DNA of 64,000 nt from Lingula anatina (lineage: Eukaryota > Animalia > Brachiopoda), in contig CM120643.1 in the NCBI GenBank assembly GCA_051362555.1, positions 558,001 through 622,000 of the forward strand. Direction: 5' to 3'. Position numbers and translations under genes: made by a program. Position 1 is the first letter of the stretch; each line of letters begins with the position of its first letter. The notes below the pieces were generated by a model. The model was not told where the DNA came from and searched no databases. It was given only the letters and a program-made list of their open reading frames with translations. Shown piece by piece: positions 39,670 to 52,697 of this stretch.

Positions 39670-39810
39670 CTTGCAATCTCTCCTCTGTCACCGTCGAGCT
39701 CAAAGTGAAAATACGACGCAACGCAATTCTAGAAACCTTATCTTGAATCGCGTGATAGGGGCGTGTGGACTCGATAGGCCAAACCGAAACCGGGAAATAT
39801 TAGGGAGAAA
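39670..39810 (-). promoter_or_regulatory. Candidate non-coding first exon of the sacsin-like gene with IRF-element-like motif
   Basis: Donor CAAG|gtacgt after 39670. AAACCGAAACCGGGAAA at 39781-39797. This block is the best conserved part of the three paralogous modules. Confidence 0.5.
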
Positions 39811-39975
39811 TATTAGGAATATTAGGATATCAAAACTTATTAAAGCGATACCAGCTCTTCATTTTGGCAGGATGAGTGAAAAGAGAAAAACTGATTATCC
39901 TGGGGAAAACGACAATTTTGGCGAGCGTAAAATTAAAATTTTGAGCATATCTATATGTATGTTTTTCATACTCAC

Positions 39976-40225
39976 CTCATTGCTCGGTCATAGGCCAAAG
40001 GTACATTAGTCCGAAAATGGGTCAGGAAAAAAAGGGGTGCTGAAGACAGAAACTAAAAATGCCCGTGTTTTGGCACCCGTCTGTTCACTATATCTGTTGC
40101 CGAGACTTGGGATTTCGTAATTAAAAACAGCAGTTTTAATTAAAATTAGCAGTGTCTGCAGGCTAATTCCGCTGGTGATAAGAAAACAGAGACCCGAGCT
40201 CCCGTGTCTTGACCCCGCCTGTCCT
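39976..40225 (-). promoter_or_regulatory. Second candidate non-coding first exon with GC box
   Basis: Donor GAG|gtgagt after 39976, conserved at ~4025 and ~5530. CCCCGCC GC box at ~40213. Confidence 0.4.
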
Positions 40226-40394
40226 GGCCGGTCTGCAAAACACAACGGGGGAGATTAGATAAATTCAAGCGGTATTGCTATCTCTTTACCATACACAGAT
40301 ATCAAATTAAAATTAATTGAAAACTCTAAATGTTTAAATATTACATACAAAGATGCCATGTCCATCGACCCCCCCCCCCCCCCACACACACACA

Positions 40395-40645
40395 CAGTGG
40401 TTTATTTAGAGGGGGGTAAGGGGGGGTCCTAACCCCCCCTCCTTCGATTTCTGGCCCCCCAATAAAATTAGAATTTTGACTAGCTGAATGATAGTCCTAA
40501 ACCGTACCAAATGGCACCGTTCACCCTCTAGTTAAATACCAAAGATTTCCCAGGCCCCGAACCCCACGCTAAGAGGGGGGGTTGTCTTTGCATCCGCGCC
40601 CCCCCCCCCTCCCTTTCAAGTAATCCTTCTGTAGATCCGCCCTTG
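40395..40645. mobile_element. CAGTGG-family MITE inserted in a CA tract
   Basis: CAGTGG...GATCCGCCCTTG flanked by CA repeats; absent from the paralogous CA tract at 6041-6603. Confidence 0.8.
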
Positions 40646-42169
40646 CACACACACACACACACACACACATACACACACACACACACACATTCGAAGACCG
40701 GTCGGCCAGGTTAAGCCCAGCTGCAGCGTTCAAAACACGCCTATGGACGTGGCTGTTATCAAACATTTCTCAGAATTAAAAGTGTGATAAATTTCATCCA
40801 ATTTTGTTAATGTCTCAAGCACTGCCTTATAATACGGTGAAACGAACGTATCTGTACAACAATTTATGATTTTTTTTATTTTGCTTCAAAAAGATTTTTT
40901 ATAGTAATTTTTTTCGATTTTTTACTCCTTAGTTGCACCTTTCTCTGCTTTTTTAATCAAAGCAACTATTTCCAGCCTTTCGTAAATTTTTCTGTTGTAT
41001 TCATCTACTTGTTTATTATATTTCCTCATTTATTACATATTTTGTTGCTATTATTTATTTATATATTTGTAGACAGACTATGCTGACTGTAAGATTCAGT
41101 GTGTTGTACTCCAATATACAAAATGCGGATTGAGATATTTCTGAAGGATAAAGATTTCTTGAACAATTTTTCGTTATAAAACATTGATTTCTGCCTAACA
41201 GACTGTTGTTTACTTTTTATTTTTCTATTTAGAATTGATCCGTCTACCTTGACAATGGCGCTTATTGTGCCTTTTCCATGTACTGTTGCATTGACCATTT
41301 TCGGCCTCACTGCGAGGAAAGGATTATTTTGCTATTGTTAATCAATTAGGCCTATTTATTTAAAAAAAAAACGCCGTTACTAATTACTCTTTATTATTTG
41401 AAGAAACATAACCTGTCTTATTTACCCTCTGGATGCATTCCACGAGTTTGGAAAATAACAAAATATAAAAAAGAATAAAATAAAAAAAAGAAACAGCACC
41501 GACTCCTGACAGCTCTACTAAAGGCTGGGTCGAATCAGCGCTGAACATTTTTAGTTTCGACAAATACCAAAAGATGCCGCAAGAGTCGTTTTATTACTTT
41601 TAGGTTATTTAGGCACGAATATAAACATAAATAGTCTAGATGGGATTTTCCTAGACCAGTTTCATGAAATTTGTATCATTTTCTACTTACTCCAGAGCAC
41701 TCACATAAAATCATTGAATATTTATATTTATATTTGATTTTACTTCTATGGTTGTGGACTGTCTTGAGGCATCCATCATGGCGGTAGAAGAAATGCCAAA
41801 ACTAAAGTCTGCAATTTGAGCATTACAGTTCTGCATTTTCTAGCCACTTTTTCTCGTTATTTTTTCGAGATAATCTTCCAGGTATGTATTTTCTTGAAGG
41901 TATACAATGTCTGGAAATTAGCATAAGTTCTATTTTGTCGTGGCCATAAAACTCCCAATTCGGTATTTGAAGATTTGCAGGACCACCCCTTCTGAAGTTT
42001 TGTAGTAGTCCAGCAGACATGGTTACGATATACATAGAACTTTGGCGAAATCTAAACACGCGTGACTATTTTTGTATGATATTAATAACGTACAAAAATT
42101 TCTTTACACAACAGGCGTACAACCTCCTATAGGAGAACTTTTATCTTGGTCAACAAAAGGAGGCTTTCT

Positions 42170-42237
42170 GACAGTAGACGCGCTGTTATCGCCACCCTCC
42201 GGAGGTTATCTACCTTTGTTTACAGCTGGAGGTAAGT
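42170..42237 (+). promoter_or_regulatory. Candidate AKTIP non-coding first exon
   Basis: CpG-richer patch ending in consensus donor GAG|gtaagt (42231/42232), about 13 kb upstream of the first core exon. CpG density drops downstream. Confidence 0.45.
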
Positions 42238-42918
42238 GTGGACGATAACAAGACCACAGTCGAATCCAGTTACTTACCCTATTTGGGGCCTTAGCAGTAG
42301 TCCGAAGGTTCATTAGTCTGAATGTTCACTGTAGAATCTTTGGACTCATGAACCTTTGATTAAAAAACTGATGAAAATGTGACCATTTTTCGTACCAGTG
42401 AACCTTGGGACCAATGAACCTTTGGACTATTGAGATGCCCCCCCCCCCCCCAATTCTACTTATATAGTTTTTTATTTTCTTATTTTGCAGCATGGGGTCA
42501 GTGTTAGAGGGCTCTTTGATGCATGGGACACAAACAATATTCAGTAATATAAAAAAAAATTAACACTACAGGATATATAATAATTACTTTGTGATTTATA
42601 TTAAAAGTTTAAAGTTCTGTTCACAAAATGTTACTTAATTGGGACAAAGAATCCATGAATCTCTCTCTGACATGAAAAATGTCATCTTCTAGTTAGGTCT
42701 GTTAATATCTAGCATTTTTAGGAAATAAGTATCAAAAACTCTTATGCTCTGTTTACCCTAATGTAATGATCAAACCCTTGAGGCAAAGTAAGCATATCTA
42801 CTCTCTCAGTATCCTTAAAGTGGTGAATAGATATATTTTGTTTGTACTACATCAACTTGATAAATTTTCTATTATACCACACACTGCCGTCATTTTCCTC
42901 AGCAAGTCACATGTCATA

Positions 42919-43189
42919 GGGGCCATTTAGAATAGAAGAACCGAGTATGAGCTGGTCTGCAGATCAAATATGGCAGACCCTACATGAAATCAAGACCTCC
43001 TTATCCCTTAATGGTCTCCCCGTCTCCACATGCTCCTTCCCTGCAGAGGTCTAATAATTAAGCTGAAATTTAATCTATTTAGAGGCGGGGAGACCAGTAA
43101 AGGATAAGGCGGTCTTATTTTCATGTAGGGTACGCCATATTTGATCTGTGGACCAGTAGCTCCAAGGATCATCAGTTCTGAATGTAACC
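42919..43189. mobile_element. Degenerate fold-back MITE (Harbinger-like)
   Basis: CTGGTCTGCAGATCAAATATGGCAGACCCTACATGAAA pairs with TTTCATGTAGGGTACGCCATATTTGATCTGTGGACCAG; related to the 45001 and 58941 elements. Confidence 0.75.
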
Positions 43190-43577
43190 ATGATCAGCAT
43201 GTGTCTGTGGTTACCATTAGGCAGATGCCCATCCTGAGTATTTAAAGGACATTAAGGATAAAGATATTCAAGGTTAAATGAAAACATGTCTTCCATGAAT
43301 TTCATTATTGTCTGTTGCATTTGTTGCATTATTCAAAAGCAGAGCAGCCTGGTGATATTATCATTTATGTACACTGTACACCATTGTGCTATATAGGAAA
43401 AATACAGAAGACTTAAATTTAGTAATAAAGTTTCAAAGTTTTCTGTAATTAGATCTGAAAGTTTATCAAACACTCACTTTTTGGAAGATTTCTCAGAATA
43501 GTCTCAGAATACGCAGACCTGTAGTTAATAGCAGTTGCAATCTCTACTATACAACAGTGACCACATATTCATATGGT

Positions 43578-43582
<5 letters not shown>

Positions 43583-43634
<52 letters not shown>
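43583..43634. repeat. (GT)n microsatellite
   Basis: Seen directly. Confidence 0.98.
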
Positions 43635-43636
<2 letters not shown>

Positions 43637-44669
43637 TCTGTATAGCTGAGATGATGCTGATATTTATAATTTGGCTGAAAGAATTTGACTTAGTTTTATA
43701 TAGATACCTCACTATATGGAATATACCCCCTCCCAAGATGCATCATTATTACAGTCAGTATATATTACAAATGTTAGTCTGGCACTGTCTCCAGATTTTA
43801 TTTACTATTTTATATCAAGAAAATGAAAAAAAAATTGTTTTTTGTGTCAAAAGATTTTATTGATTTCAAACCGATTCCACTAAAGCTTCATGTTATTGTC
43901 AACTTTTATATATTTGTGTAGCTGAAGCCATAAAATCTCAATAACCTTCAGCCTTCTTCTTCATGGCTCATTTCATATTTCGAACCCCCTGGATATCAGT
44001 GTATTCAACCTAATATGTTACATATTCCGCGGAGATGGTGACGGTGACGGTGACGCTGCCGTCCAAGGACAGGACAGACCCAGTGTGGAATGTGTTAGGG
44101 TCTGTTACAGATGGTTTCCTCTCCATGTTTTGTATGCATAATGCCTTGGGCTCATGATCAGGTATATCTAGGACGCATTTCCAGTCAGGTTATGTGTGTT
44201 TAACTTGGAACTTGCTGTTTCCACTCCATTTTTTTGTGTGCATAATGCCTTCAGCTCAGTAATGAAGGACGTATTTCTAATCAAGTTATGTAGGTTTAAT
44301 TTTACACTTGCTGTCTCAGCATATCCTAACCTGGTGACACTTTATAACCAGAGTAACCTTGTCTTTTTTAGAGAGTACAGTAAGAGTAAGAATGACAGAA
44401 GTAGAACACTTTTGGAGAAAGATTGTTGGCCTAATCCAATTGCTAGAATTCTTCAACAGTGGTCTGCTGAAAAGGAGAAGGGGGGAAATGGGGGGGCGTA
44501 GAAAGAGGGAGAGAGAAGGAGTGGAAGGGAATAGCAGAAGTAAATGCAAATTGATTACTGTATGTCAGGGAATGAGGAGAGATGGGGGTGGGGGGGGGGG
44601 GAGGGGGGGCAGCAGAGCATCTTAAATAACAACATAAACCTATACAGGATAAAATTACGAAATGTTCAA

Positions 44670-44895
44670 GGGTGCATTCCCAGAGATTTAGATCGATCCA
44701 GAGATTTAGATTTAGATCGACCTAACTCCCTGGGGGTTCACGCTAGATTGCAGTCAGCCGAGCGCGCACCATAGTTAATTACCCCCTTACAGCTTTTATA
44801 GTAGGTGGGACAAATGCTTAGCCGGCTAAGCTGACAGTAATCTAGTGAGACTCCCCACAGAGATATATCGATCTAAAATCTATGGGAATGGGGTC
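44670..44895. mobile_element. PIF/Harbinger-type MITE (CAA TSD)
   Basis: GGGTGCATTCCCA...TGGGAATGGGGTC with CAA on both sides. Confidence 0.85.
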
Positions 44896-45000
44896 CAAGA
44901 GATATGCTGAGAGGAAGGTGGGAAATTGCACCATTGTGTGAATATATTATGAGAGCTGGTCATTGCTGCCCTTTTCACTGCAGTGGCTAGAGCTGTCTAT

Positions 45001-45547
45001 GAGCGCATTCTCAACGAATTAAGCCAGGCTTTACAAAGCCGGTGACCTAAAAATGGCGGACGTACATGAAAGAAAAACCGCCTAATCTTTTAATAGTCTC
45101 TCCGCCTCTCACACGCCTCCCCACACGTCGTCCCTGCGGGGTACAGTAATTAAATCTCGGCTCCGAACATTAATATTTCCGTGAATATCTCTGGTGATAT
45201 TATCTCCTTAGATAGTCGATTCATTGCTGCTCTACGGGCCAAATTATTCCTTTTTCGTCTCTGTTTTCAAAGATAATAGAACAGAAGAGCTTTTTTTTTT
45301 TCGATCGCCTTCAGCCGCTATGCCTTCTTCACCACGAGTTTAACTGATGAGCATGCGCACTTAATATTTCTCAGGTAGCTTCCGCATGGCGAACGGAGCC
45401 GAGATTTAATTACTGTACCCCGCAGGGACGACGTGTGGGGAGGCGGAGAGACTATTAAAAGATTAGGCGGTTTTTCTTTCATGTACGTCCGCCATTTTTA
45501 GGTCACCGGCTTTGTAAAGCCTGGCTTAATTCGTTGAGAATGCGCTC
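45001..45547. mobile_element. Young MITE with ~160-bp near-perfect TIRs and 3-bp TSD (TAT)
   Basis: GAGCGCATTCTCAACGAATTAAGCCAGG...CCTGGCTTAATTCGTTGAGAATGCGCTC. It is inserted within a ~57-bp tandem repeat (44945-45000, 45548-45660). Confidence 0.93.
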
Positions 45548-47070
45548 TATGTGTTATAAGAACTGGTCACCCTGTCCTTTTCACAGCAGTGGCTAGAGCT
45601 GTCTATATGTTATAAGAACTGGTCACCCTGTCCTTTTCACTGTAGTGGCTAGAGCTGTCTCTGTGTCTGCATTCAGCTGTAAATAGACTCAAGTGTGTGG
45701 AACCCCAAATTATCCTCCCTCAATCACAGCTATTAAGGCAGTCTTCTTTTGTGACAATAAATATTTGTCTGACTTGAGAAAAAAGGGCATAATTACTGTG
45801 CTTGTCAGTCTGAGTATCACCAAGACATTTTGGTCACTTTCACTGTCTCTTTGTGTGATGGCCACAGCTGGCTGCTGTAGCTCTGTTTCAGCCCTGATGT
45901 AGACAGCTCAAGTCTGATGGAAACACACAAGATATTGTCAGTCAGTTTGATGTTTTAAATTGCAGTATAGCTGTGTGTTTATAGCAGAGGAGACATTATA
46001 GGAGAGATCCAGGTAGGGACAAGCATACATTGTTGTTTATTGCTTCAGGTGTTAAAAAGAAGAATTTCATCAGCTGTGTTGTGTTATAACAATATCTAGG
46101 CATTTTTGTCAAGAGGTAAACAATATCAGTATTAGCTAGGGATTGAAGAAGAAATTACTACTCAGTACTTTATTTGAGTGTTTATTTATGTCTTTGTTTG
46201 AAAGAATAAATAAGTGGTTGATATAAACAATTCTTCATTTTTCAATAAAACCTAATTTAGGTGTGGTACTGGTATGGAATTGCTGTTTATCTTCCTCACC
46301 TTGATAAAATAAGAGGTTGACGTAAACAATTCTTAATATTTCAATAAAACCCAGTTTAGGTGTGGTACTGGTATGGAATTGCTGTTTTTTTACTCACCTT
46401 TCCCTGCATATTCTTTGCCCCCCCCCCCCCCTCCACCCCTCCCGTCTCTGAGTTGACAGCTATTTTAAGGATGGTTGCACAGCACTGAGTGCATTTTATC
46501 ATTGGCAACATCTGAGATGGTATCTGATTGTCCAACAGAAAACTAACATAACTCTCATCTTAGTCATCTATGTGGGGATATAGAGTAATTATATTTTGTA
46601 ATCATATTATTGGTTTAGTAAAATAGCAAACAGTTGAGATAGGGAAACAGGTTATATAGATGGCTTGTGACATACTAGTTGTGTAGTTGGAAATGCAACA
46701 AGCACTTTGTTGGTTTCAGGCATGTTGTTTATATTTCACCAGATTTATAAAACTGATAAAACATTCTGATTTCTGTGGGTTATGTTTTAGTTTTCATATG
46801 TCAGAGCATATTTTTATAGCATTTGGTGAAAAAAAATACCACACCAACAAGAGCCCAGATTTACAATATTGAAGCATGCAATTGTTGCTGTAAACTCTCC
46901 GTCATATTTTGAATAATGAACTCACATGTGGAAAATTGATGTTTAACAAGAGTCAGATTTAGGGACTGTCTCTGGTGGAGGTTTGTTCTTGCGTGCAGTT
47001 TTCTCTGCAGAGCTTCATTAGTACCCAGCACACAGCTACAGTGTTGTCAAGAGTGTACAGCTCAGGGCAT

Positions 47071-47303
47071 GGTGTACCAGCTTTCACAGTGCTCAAGTCT
47101 ACAGGGTGTACCAGCTTTCACAGTGCTCAAGTCTACTGGGTGCACCAGCTTTCACAGTGCTCAAGTCTGCAGGGCGTACCAGCTTTTACAGAGCTCAAGT
47201 CTACAGGGTGTACCAGCTTTCACAGTGCTCAAGTCTACAGGGCGTACCAGCTTTCACAGTGCTCAAGTCTACAGGGCGTACCAGCTTTCACAGTGCTCAA
47301 GTC
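47071..47303. repeat. 34-bp minisatellite, ~7 copies
   Basis: Unit GGGTGTACCAGCTTTCACAGTGCTCAAGTCTACA. Confidence 0.96.
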
Positions 47304-47785
47304 ATCAGTAATAGTGGCTGTTTTTGTCTAATTACTGTAACCAGAACATCTGTGCTAAAAGAGTACAGTGCATCTCACCATATGCACATAAATATGAATT
47401 CATGCTTATTACATTTCTGTCATTCTATTTAGATACATGTCACTGAGATATCGAGCAGTATGTCTATGCTAAGGGGGTATCCTATGTATATATATATACC
47501 TGAACAGTGCTATGTGTCTTATGTATAAATGCCAACTATGTGAGTTAATGAAACGTCAGATTGGACATCCCCTGTGAAGAGGATACTTGATTATTATTTA
47601 AACACCTGATGTTATAGAGATCAAACGTCTGTGTTAAGAGGGTACTTCATTATACATTAAATGGCCAGTGTTATAGACATCCAACAGTACGTCTGTGTGA
47701 AGAGGGTCTGCGACACACGCCATAAATCCATAAGTCTACATCAGTCAGATTCCTGGTCACATTAAGCTGCCGTGACAATGACAAA

Positions 47786-49733
47786 ATGACTCTCTATCAC
47801 TCTACAGCTCCATCAGGGTCCGCAAGTTGTTCATCTTCTGCTGTAATCACATTTAGGACGGCAGTCTGCTCTGAGAACGAACACTGTCATAACAGGCCGT
47901 CAAGTTCAGGTACATCGCAGGTGTCATTATTGTCTTCTCCACTGATGGACAAGGCATGGATTACCAGGCTAGAAGACATGCCACAAGATCAAGATCCGTC
48001 ATCTGGAGACAAGATTACTAATACATCAGAAAACATAGTACATGAAATAAAAGTGTCACAGGCTTGTTGCTTGAATGACGTTACTGTGGAAACATTATCA
48101 GATGAAAACAATGTGGCACAAGTGTTGGTGTCTGTAATTTCACTGGAACAGTTATCAGACACAGATGAGATGCCTGGGGCATCTTTCATCAGGGAGGATG
48201 ATTTTTCCTTGGAACTGTTATCAGTGTTGAATGGAGAGGAGGGGGAGGAAGAAAGATTAGACAGAATTGGACAATCAAATGTTTTCACTGAAGGGCAAGT
48301 TTCAGTGGTTGTGTCTGAAAAGAAGGTACTCACAGATTCCTCCTTAACATCTGCGAGTGATGAGCATCCCTCTGGACAGTTATGTCTGTTAGATGGCAGT
48401 GATAAGCTCAAGGGAGGAGACAAAGTATTAGATGGAGTTGGTGGTGAAGACTTCGTTGGCACTGAAAATAAGATTTCACTAACAGAGTCAGAGAAAGAGA
48501 TTCTTCAGAAATCCTCAGCTGCAGATGAGGTGTTTTTGTTGGAAAAGACCATAGACAGAACTAACATGCCAGAAGTCCTTTTTTCAAGAGATGTAGGGTT
48601 ACCATTGGGACATTTAGTAAACTGTATTGCAAATGAGGAGGAAGAGGAGGAAATATTTGATTCAATTGAAGTAAAGTCTAACTGTGCTGAAGAACAAGCT
48701 TCCATCAGTTCATCTGATGAACAGTTACCACCAATGTTGTCGACTCTGTGTAAACAGTTTCTGTTTCAACAACTATCAGATAAATCTAAGATGCAAGGAG
48801 CTCCTGCTGTAAATGAGTTTCTGCTGAATGGAGATGATGGTTATTGGGGAGAGAATAAAATATTAAATGGAGATTTAGAAAAATCTGTTTGCTATGAGAG
48901 AGAGGTGACATTTCTACTGTGCGAAAAAAATATGCAGCAATGTGAGTCCTCTAAGGGGGAACAATTAACAGTCAAAACTGGAACTCCTGAGGTCACTTCT
49001 TCAACAGTTCAAGTATCCCCAGTGATAATAGAGACATTAGGGACTGGAGTTTGTAATGATAGCAGAGAGAGTGAGGTATCTGGTTGTAATAGTGTAGAGT
49101 ATGATGATAGCAATGAAGAAATCTCATTGAAACAATCAGGAATAGAAGTGGAGAGCGAGATATCTGATGAGCAATCAGGAATAGAGACACAGCAAGAAAC
49201 TTCAGCAGTGGATGACAAGTTTCCTTGGGATCTTTTAACTTTATTGATTGAGGAGGAGGAGGAAGATGACAAAGAAGAGAGAATGATATTGAATGAGGAC
49301 GAAGATGATGATGACAAGGAAGAGAGGATAACATTAAATGGTATTGAAGAACACGTTTCAGATGCTGGGTCTGAAAACACAATGCTACCAGACTCTCCGC
49401 GAGGACTTAACCTGGCATTGAAAAGATTGGCGCAAAAAATCAAAACATGGCAAGATGGTTCCACAGAGGAATCTTTAACAAAGAAAACTAAACTGTCACA
49501 GGCTGCTTCATTGAGAGATGGATGTGGATATTTACTGGAGCAGCATACGTCACAGAATGGAGGAGAAAATGGCAGTGAGAGGGACTCTGGACAGTCTGAT
49601 AACATTTTAGATAGACGGGAAGTAATTTGTAATGGAGAGCAGGATTGGGTGACGTTGTCAGAGAAATTTGAGAATGGAGGTATAGCTGACTGCAGTGTCA
49701 TTGATGAGGACTCCGGTATCCATATAGACCCAG
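47786..49733 (+). CDS. Long acidic low-complexity coding exon, probable alternative N-terminal exon of AKTIP
   Basis: ~2-kb open frame rich in E/D/S within AT-rich DNA. Donor CCAG|gtattg after 49733 is phase 1 and joins 55077 in frame without a stop. Confidence 0.65.
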
Positions 49734-50113
49734 GTATTGTAGTAATATTAAACAGAAGTCAATGGAAATTGGGGTATCTATGACCATAGCTCATAAAGTG
49801 CCTGCAATATTAACAACAGTGGCTGACATTGTGGTGAGAAGTTAGTTAGATGTGGATTATTAAAGATCTGGGATCAGTGACGGGTTAATATCAGAGATGT
49901 AGGTACTAGTACAGGTATTGTACATGTTAGGAATGGCAGTTATATGGAGAGAGAGAGGGAGGGAGGGAGACAGGGTTATAGATAGTGTTTTTGGTATTTT
50001 CTAAAATACAGTGTAAGTTGTCAGTGCGTCCTGAGGGTTGAGATATTGTGAAAATGACAGGTGTTGGTGACATGTTAAAATCTGTCACCACACTAGGTGA
50101 AGTGGCAGGTAGG

Positions 50114-50222
50114 ACAGGTGTATAGGGAACACAGGTGTGGTGGGGACACAGGTGTATAGAGAACACAGGTGTGGTGGGGACACAGGTATATAGAGAACAC
50201 AGGTGTGGTGGGAACACAGGTG
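50114..50222. repeat. ~35-bp minisatellite x3
   Basis: Unit approximately ACAGGTGTATAGRGAACACAGGTGTGGTGGGGAC. Confidence 0.9.
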
Positions 50223-50679
50223 GGTTACAGTGTTAAGAGTGATGGTGTCTTCAGTAGAAAAAGATATTTTGTAAGTTTTAAGACCAGGTAATAGATGCTA
50301 GATTGGAAATCTCTCTCTCTCTCTCTATTTTTTTTCATAAATTTAAGTTCCGATAGCACACATTCCCCTAAGTTATTAGTTATAATTCACTGGTAAAAGA
50401 CACATTTATCCATATATTACTGCTGCTGAGACTATTGACAAGGTGAAATGATATGGATTTTGTTGTTTTGCAGTCACAGTATATACTACCGTTTATGATG
50501 TTAATGAGGGAGTTTCATGTTTATGAGCATGGTAGTCGGAATTGTTGATTGTGATACATTTACATAAAGCCACTTGTTATGTTCTTGTTAACATGAACAG
50601 TGGTGACGTATGCCTGTGTGTAAAAAATAATTTCTTAAGAAAAATAGTTTTATGAGTCAAAAAGGTGGTATCTTTAGAA

Positions 50680-52697
50680 TGTTGATCTAGATGATATAAT
50701 GTTGACCTCAGTGATATATGAATGTTGACCTCAGTGATATTTTAAGTTGACCTCAGTGATATCTTTATGTTGAACTCAGTGATATCTGTATGTTGAACTC
50801 AGTGATATCATTGTGTTGACCTCAGTGATATCTATATATATGTTGAACTCAGTGATATCATCGTGTTGACCTCAGTGATATCTATATATATGTTGAACTC
50901 AGTGATATCATCGTGTTGACCTCAGTGATATCTTTATGTTGACCTCAGTTAAATCTTCATGTTGACCTCAGTGATATATGAATGTTGACTTCAGTGATAT
51001 CTTAGAGGTGACTGCAGAGGTGAATGAAATTCACCTCAGTGATATTTTAAGTTGACCTCAGTGATATCTTTATGTTGAACTCAGTGATATCTGTATGTTG
51101 AACTCAGTGATATCATCGTGTTGACCTCAGTGATATCATCGTGTTGACCTCAGTGATATCTTTATATATGTTGAACTCAGTGATATCATCGTGTTGACCT
51201 CAGTGATATCTTTATGTTGACCTCAGTTATATCTTCATGTTGACCTCAGTGATATATGAATGTTGACCTCAGTGATATCTTAGAGGTGACTTCAGAGGTG
51301 AATGAAATTCACCTCAGTGATATTTTAAGTTGACCTCAGTGATATCTTTATGTTGAACTCAGTGATATCATCGTGTTGACCTCAGTGATATCTTTATGTT
51401 GAACTCAGTGATATCATTGTGTTGACCTCAGTGATATCTTTATGTTGACCTCAGTGATATCTTTATGTTGACCTCTGATATCTTTATGTTGACCTCAGTG
51501 ATATCTTTATGTTGACCTCTGATATCTTTATGTTGACCTCAGTGATATCTTTATGTTGAACTCAGTGATATCTTTATGTTGAACTCAGTGATATCATCGT
51601 GTTGACCTCAGTGATATCTTTATGTTGACCTCAGTGATATCTTTATGTTGACCTCTGATATCTTTATGTTGACCTCAGTGATATCTTTATGTTGACCTCT
51701 GATATCTTTATGTTGACCTCAGTGATATCTTTATGTTGAACTCAGTGATATCTTTATGTTGAACTCAGTGATATCATCGTGTTGACCTCAGTGATATCTT
51801 TATGTTGACCTCAGTGATATCTTTATGTTGACCTCTGATATCTTTATGTTGACCTCAGTGATATCTTTATGTTGACCTCTGATATCTTTATGTTGACCTC
51901 AGTGATATCTTTATGTTGAACTCAGTGATATCTTTATGTTGAACTCAGTGATATCATCGTGTTGACCTCAGTGATATCTTTATGTTGAACTCAGTGATAT
52001 CATTGTGTTGACCTCAGTGATATCTTTATGTTGACCTCAGTGATATCTTTATGTTGACCTCTGATATCTTTATGTTGACCTCAGTGATATCTTTATGTTG
52101 ACCTCTGATATCTTTATGTTGACCTCTGATATCTTAATGTTGAACTCAGTGATATCTTTATGTTGAACTCAGTGATATCATCGTGTTGACCTCAGTGATA
52201 TCTTTATGTTGAACTCAGTGATATCATTGTGTTGACCTCAGTGATATCTTTATGTTGACCTCAGTGATATCTTTATGTTGACCTCTGATATCTTTATGTT
52301 GACCTCAGTGATATCTTTATGTTGACCTCTGATATCTTTATGTTGACCTCAGTGATATCTTTATGTTGACCTCAGTGATATCTTTATGTTGACCTCAGTG
52401 ATATCATTGTGTTGACCTCAGTGATATCTTTATGTTGACCTCAGTGATATCTTTGTGTTGACCTCTGATATCTTTATGTTGACCTCAGTGATATCTTTGT
52501 GTTGACCTCTGATATCTTTATGTTGAACTCAGTGATATCATTGTGTTGACCTCAGTGATATCTTTGTGTTGACCTCAGTGATATCTATATATATGTTGAA
52601 CTCAGTGATATCATTGTGTTGACCTCAGTGATATCTTTATGTTGACCTCAGTGATATCTTTATGTTGACCTGAGTGATATCTTTATGTTGACCTCAG
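50680..52697. repeat. 2-kb 21/23-bp minisatellite with higher-order structure
   Basis: Monomer TGTTGACCTCAGTGATATCTTTA. Blocks 51421-51600, 51601-51780 and 51781-51960 are identical 180-mers. Confidence 0.98.

Larger units (their letters stand above)
35010..41305 (-). repeat. Copy C of the duplicated module, interrupted by several insertions; lies upstream of the sacsin-like ATG
   Basis: Blocks 35010-35225, 35527-35572, 37202-37320 and 39586-41305 match 4520-7290 in the same order and orientation. Confidence 0.88.

Noticed and set aside
46975-47432. Repetitive ORFs (YQLSQCSSLQGVPAFTVLKS)
   Set aside because: A 34-bp minisatellite whose period is not a multiple of three.
47989-49701. Ser-rich minus-strand ORFs
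   Set aside because: Antisense shadows of the acidic plus-strand ORF.
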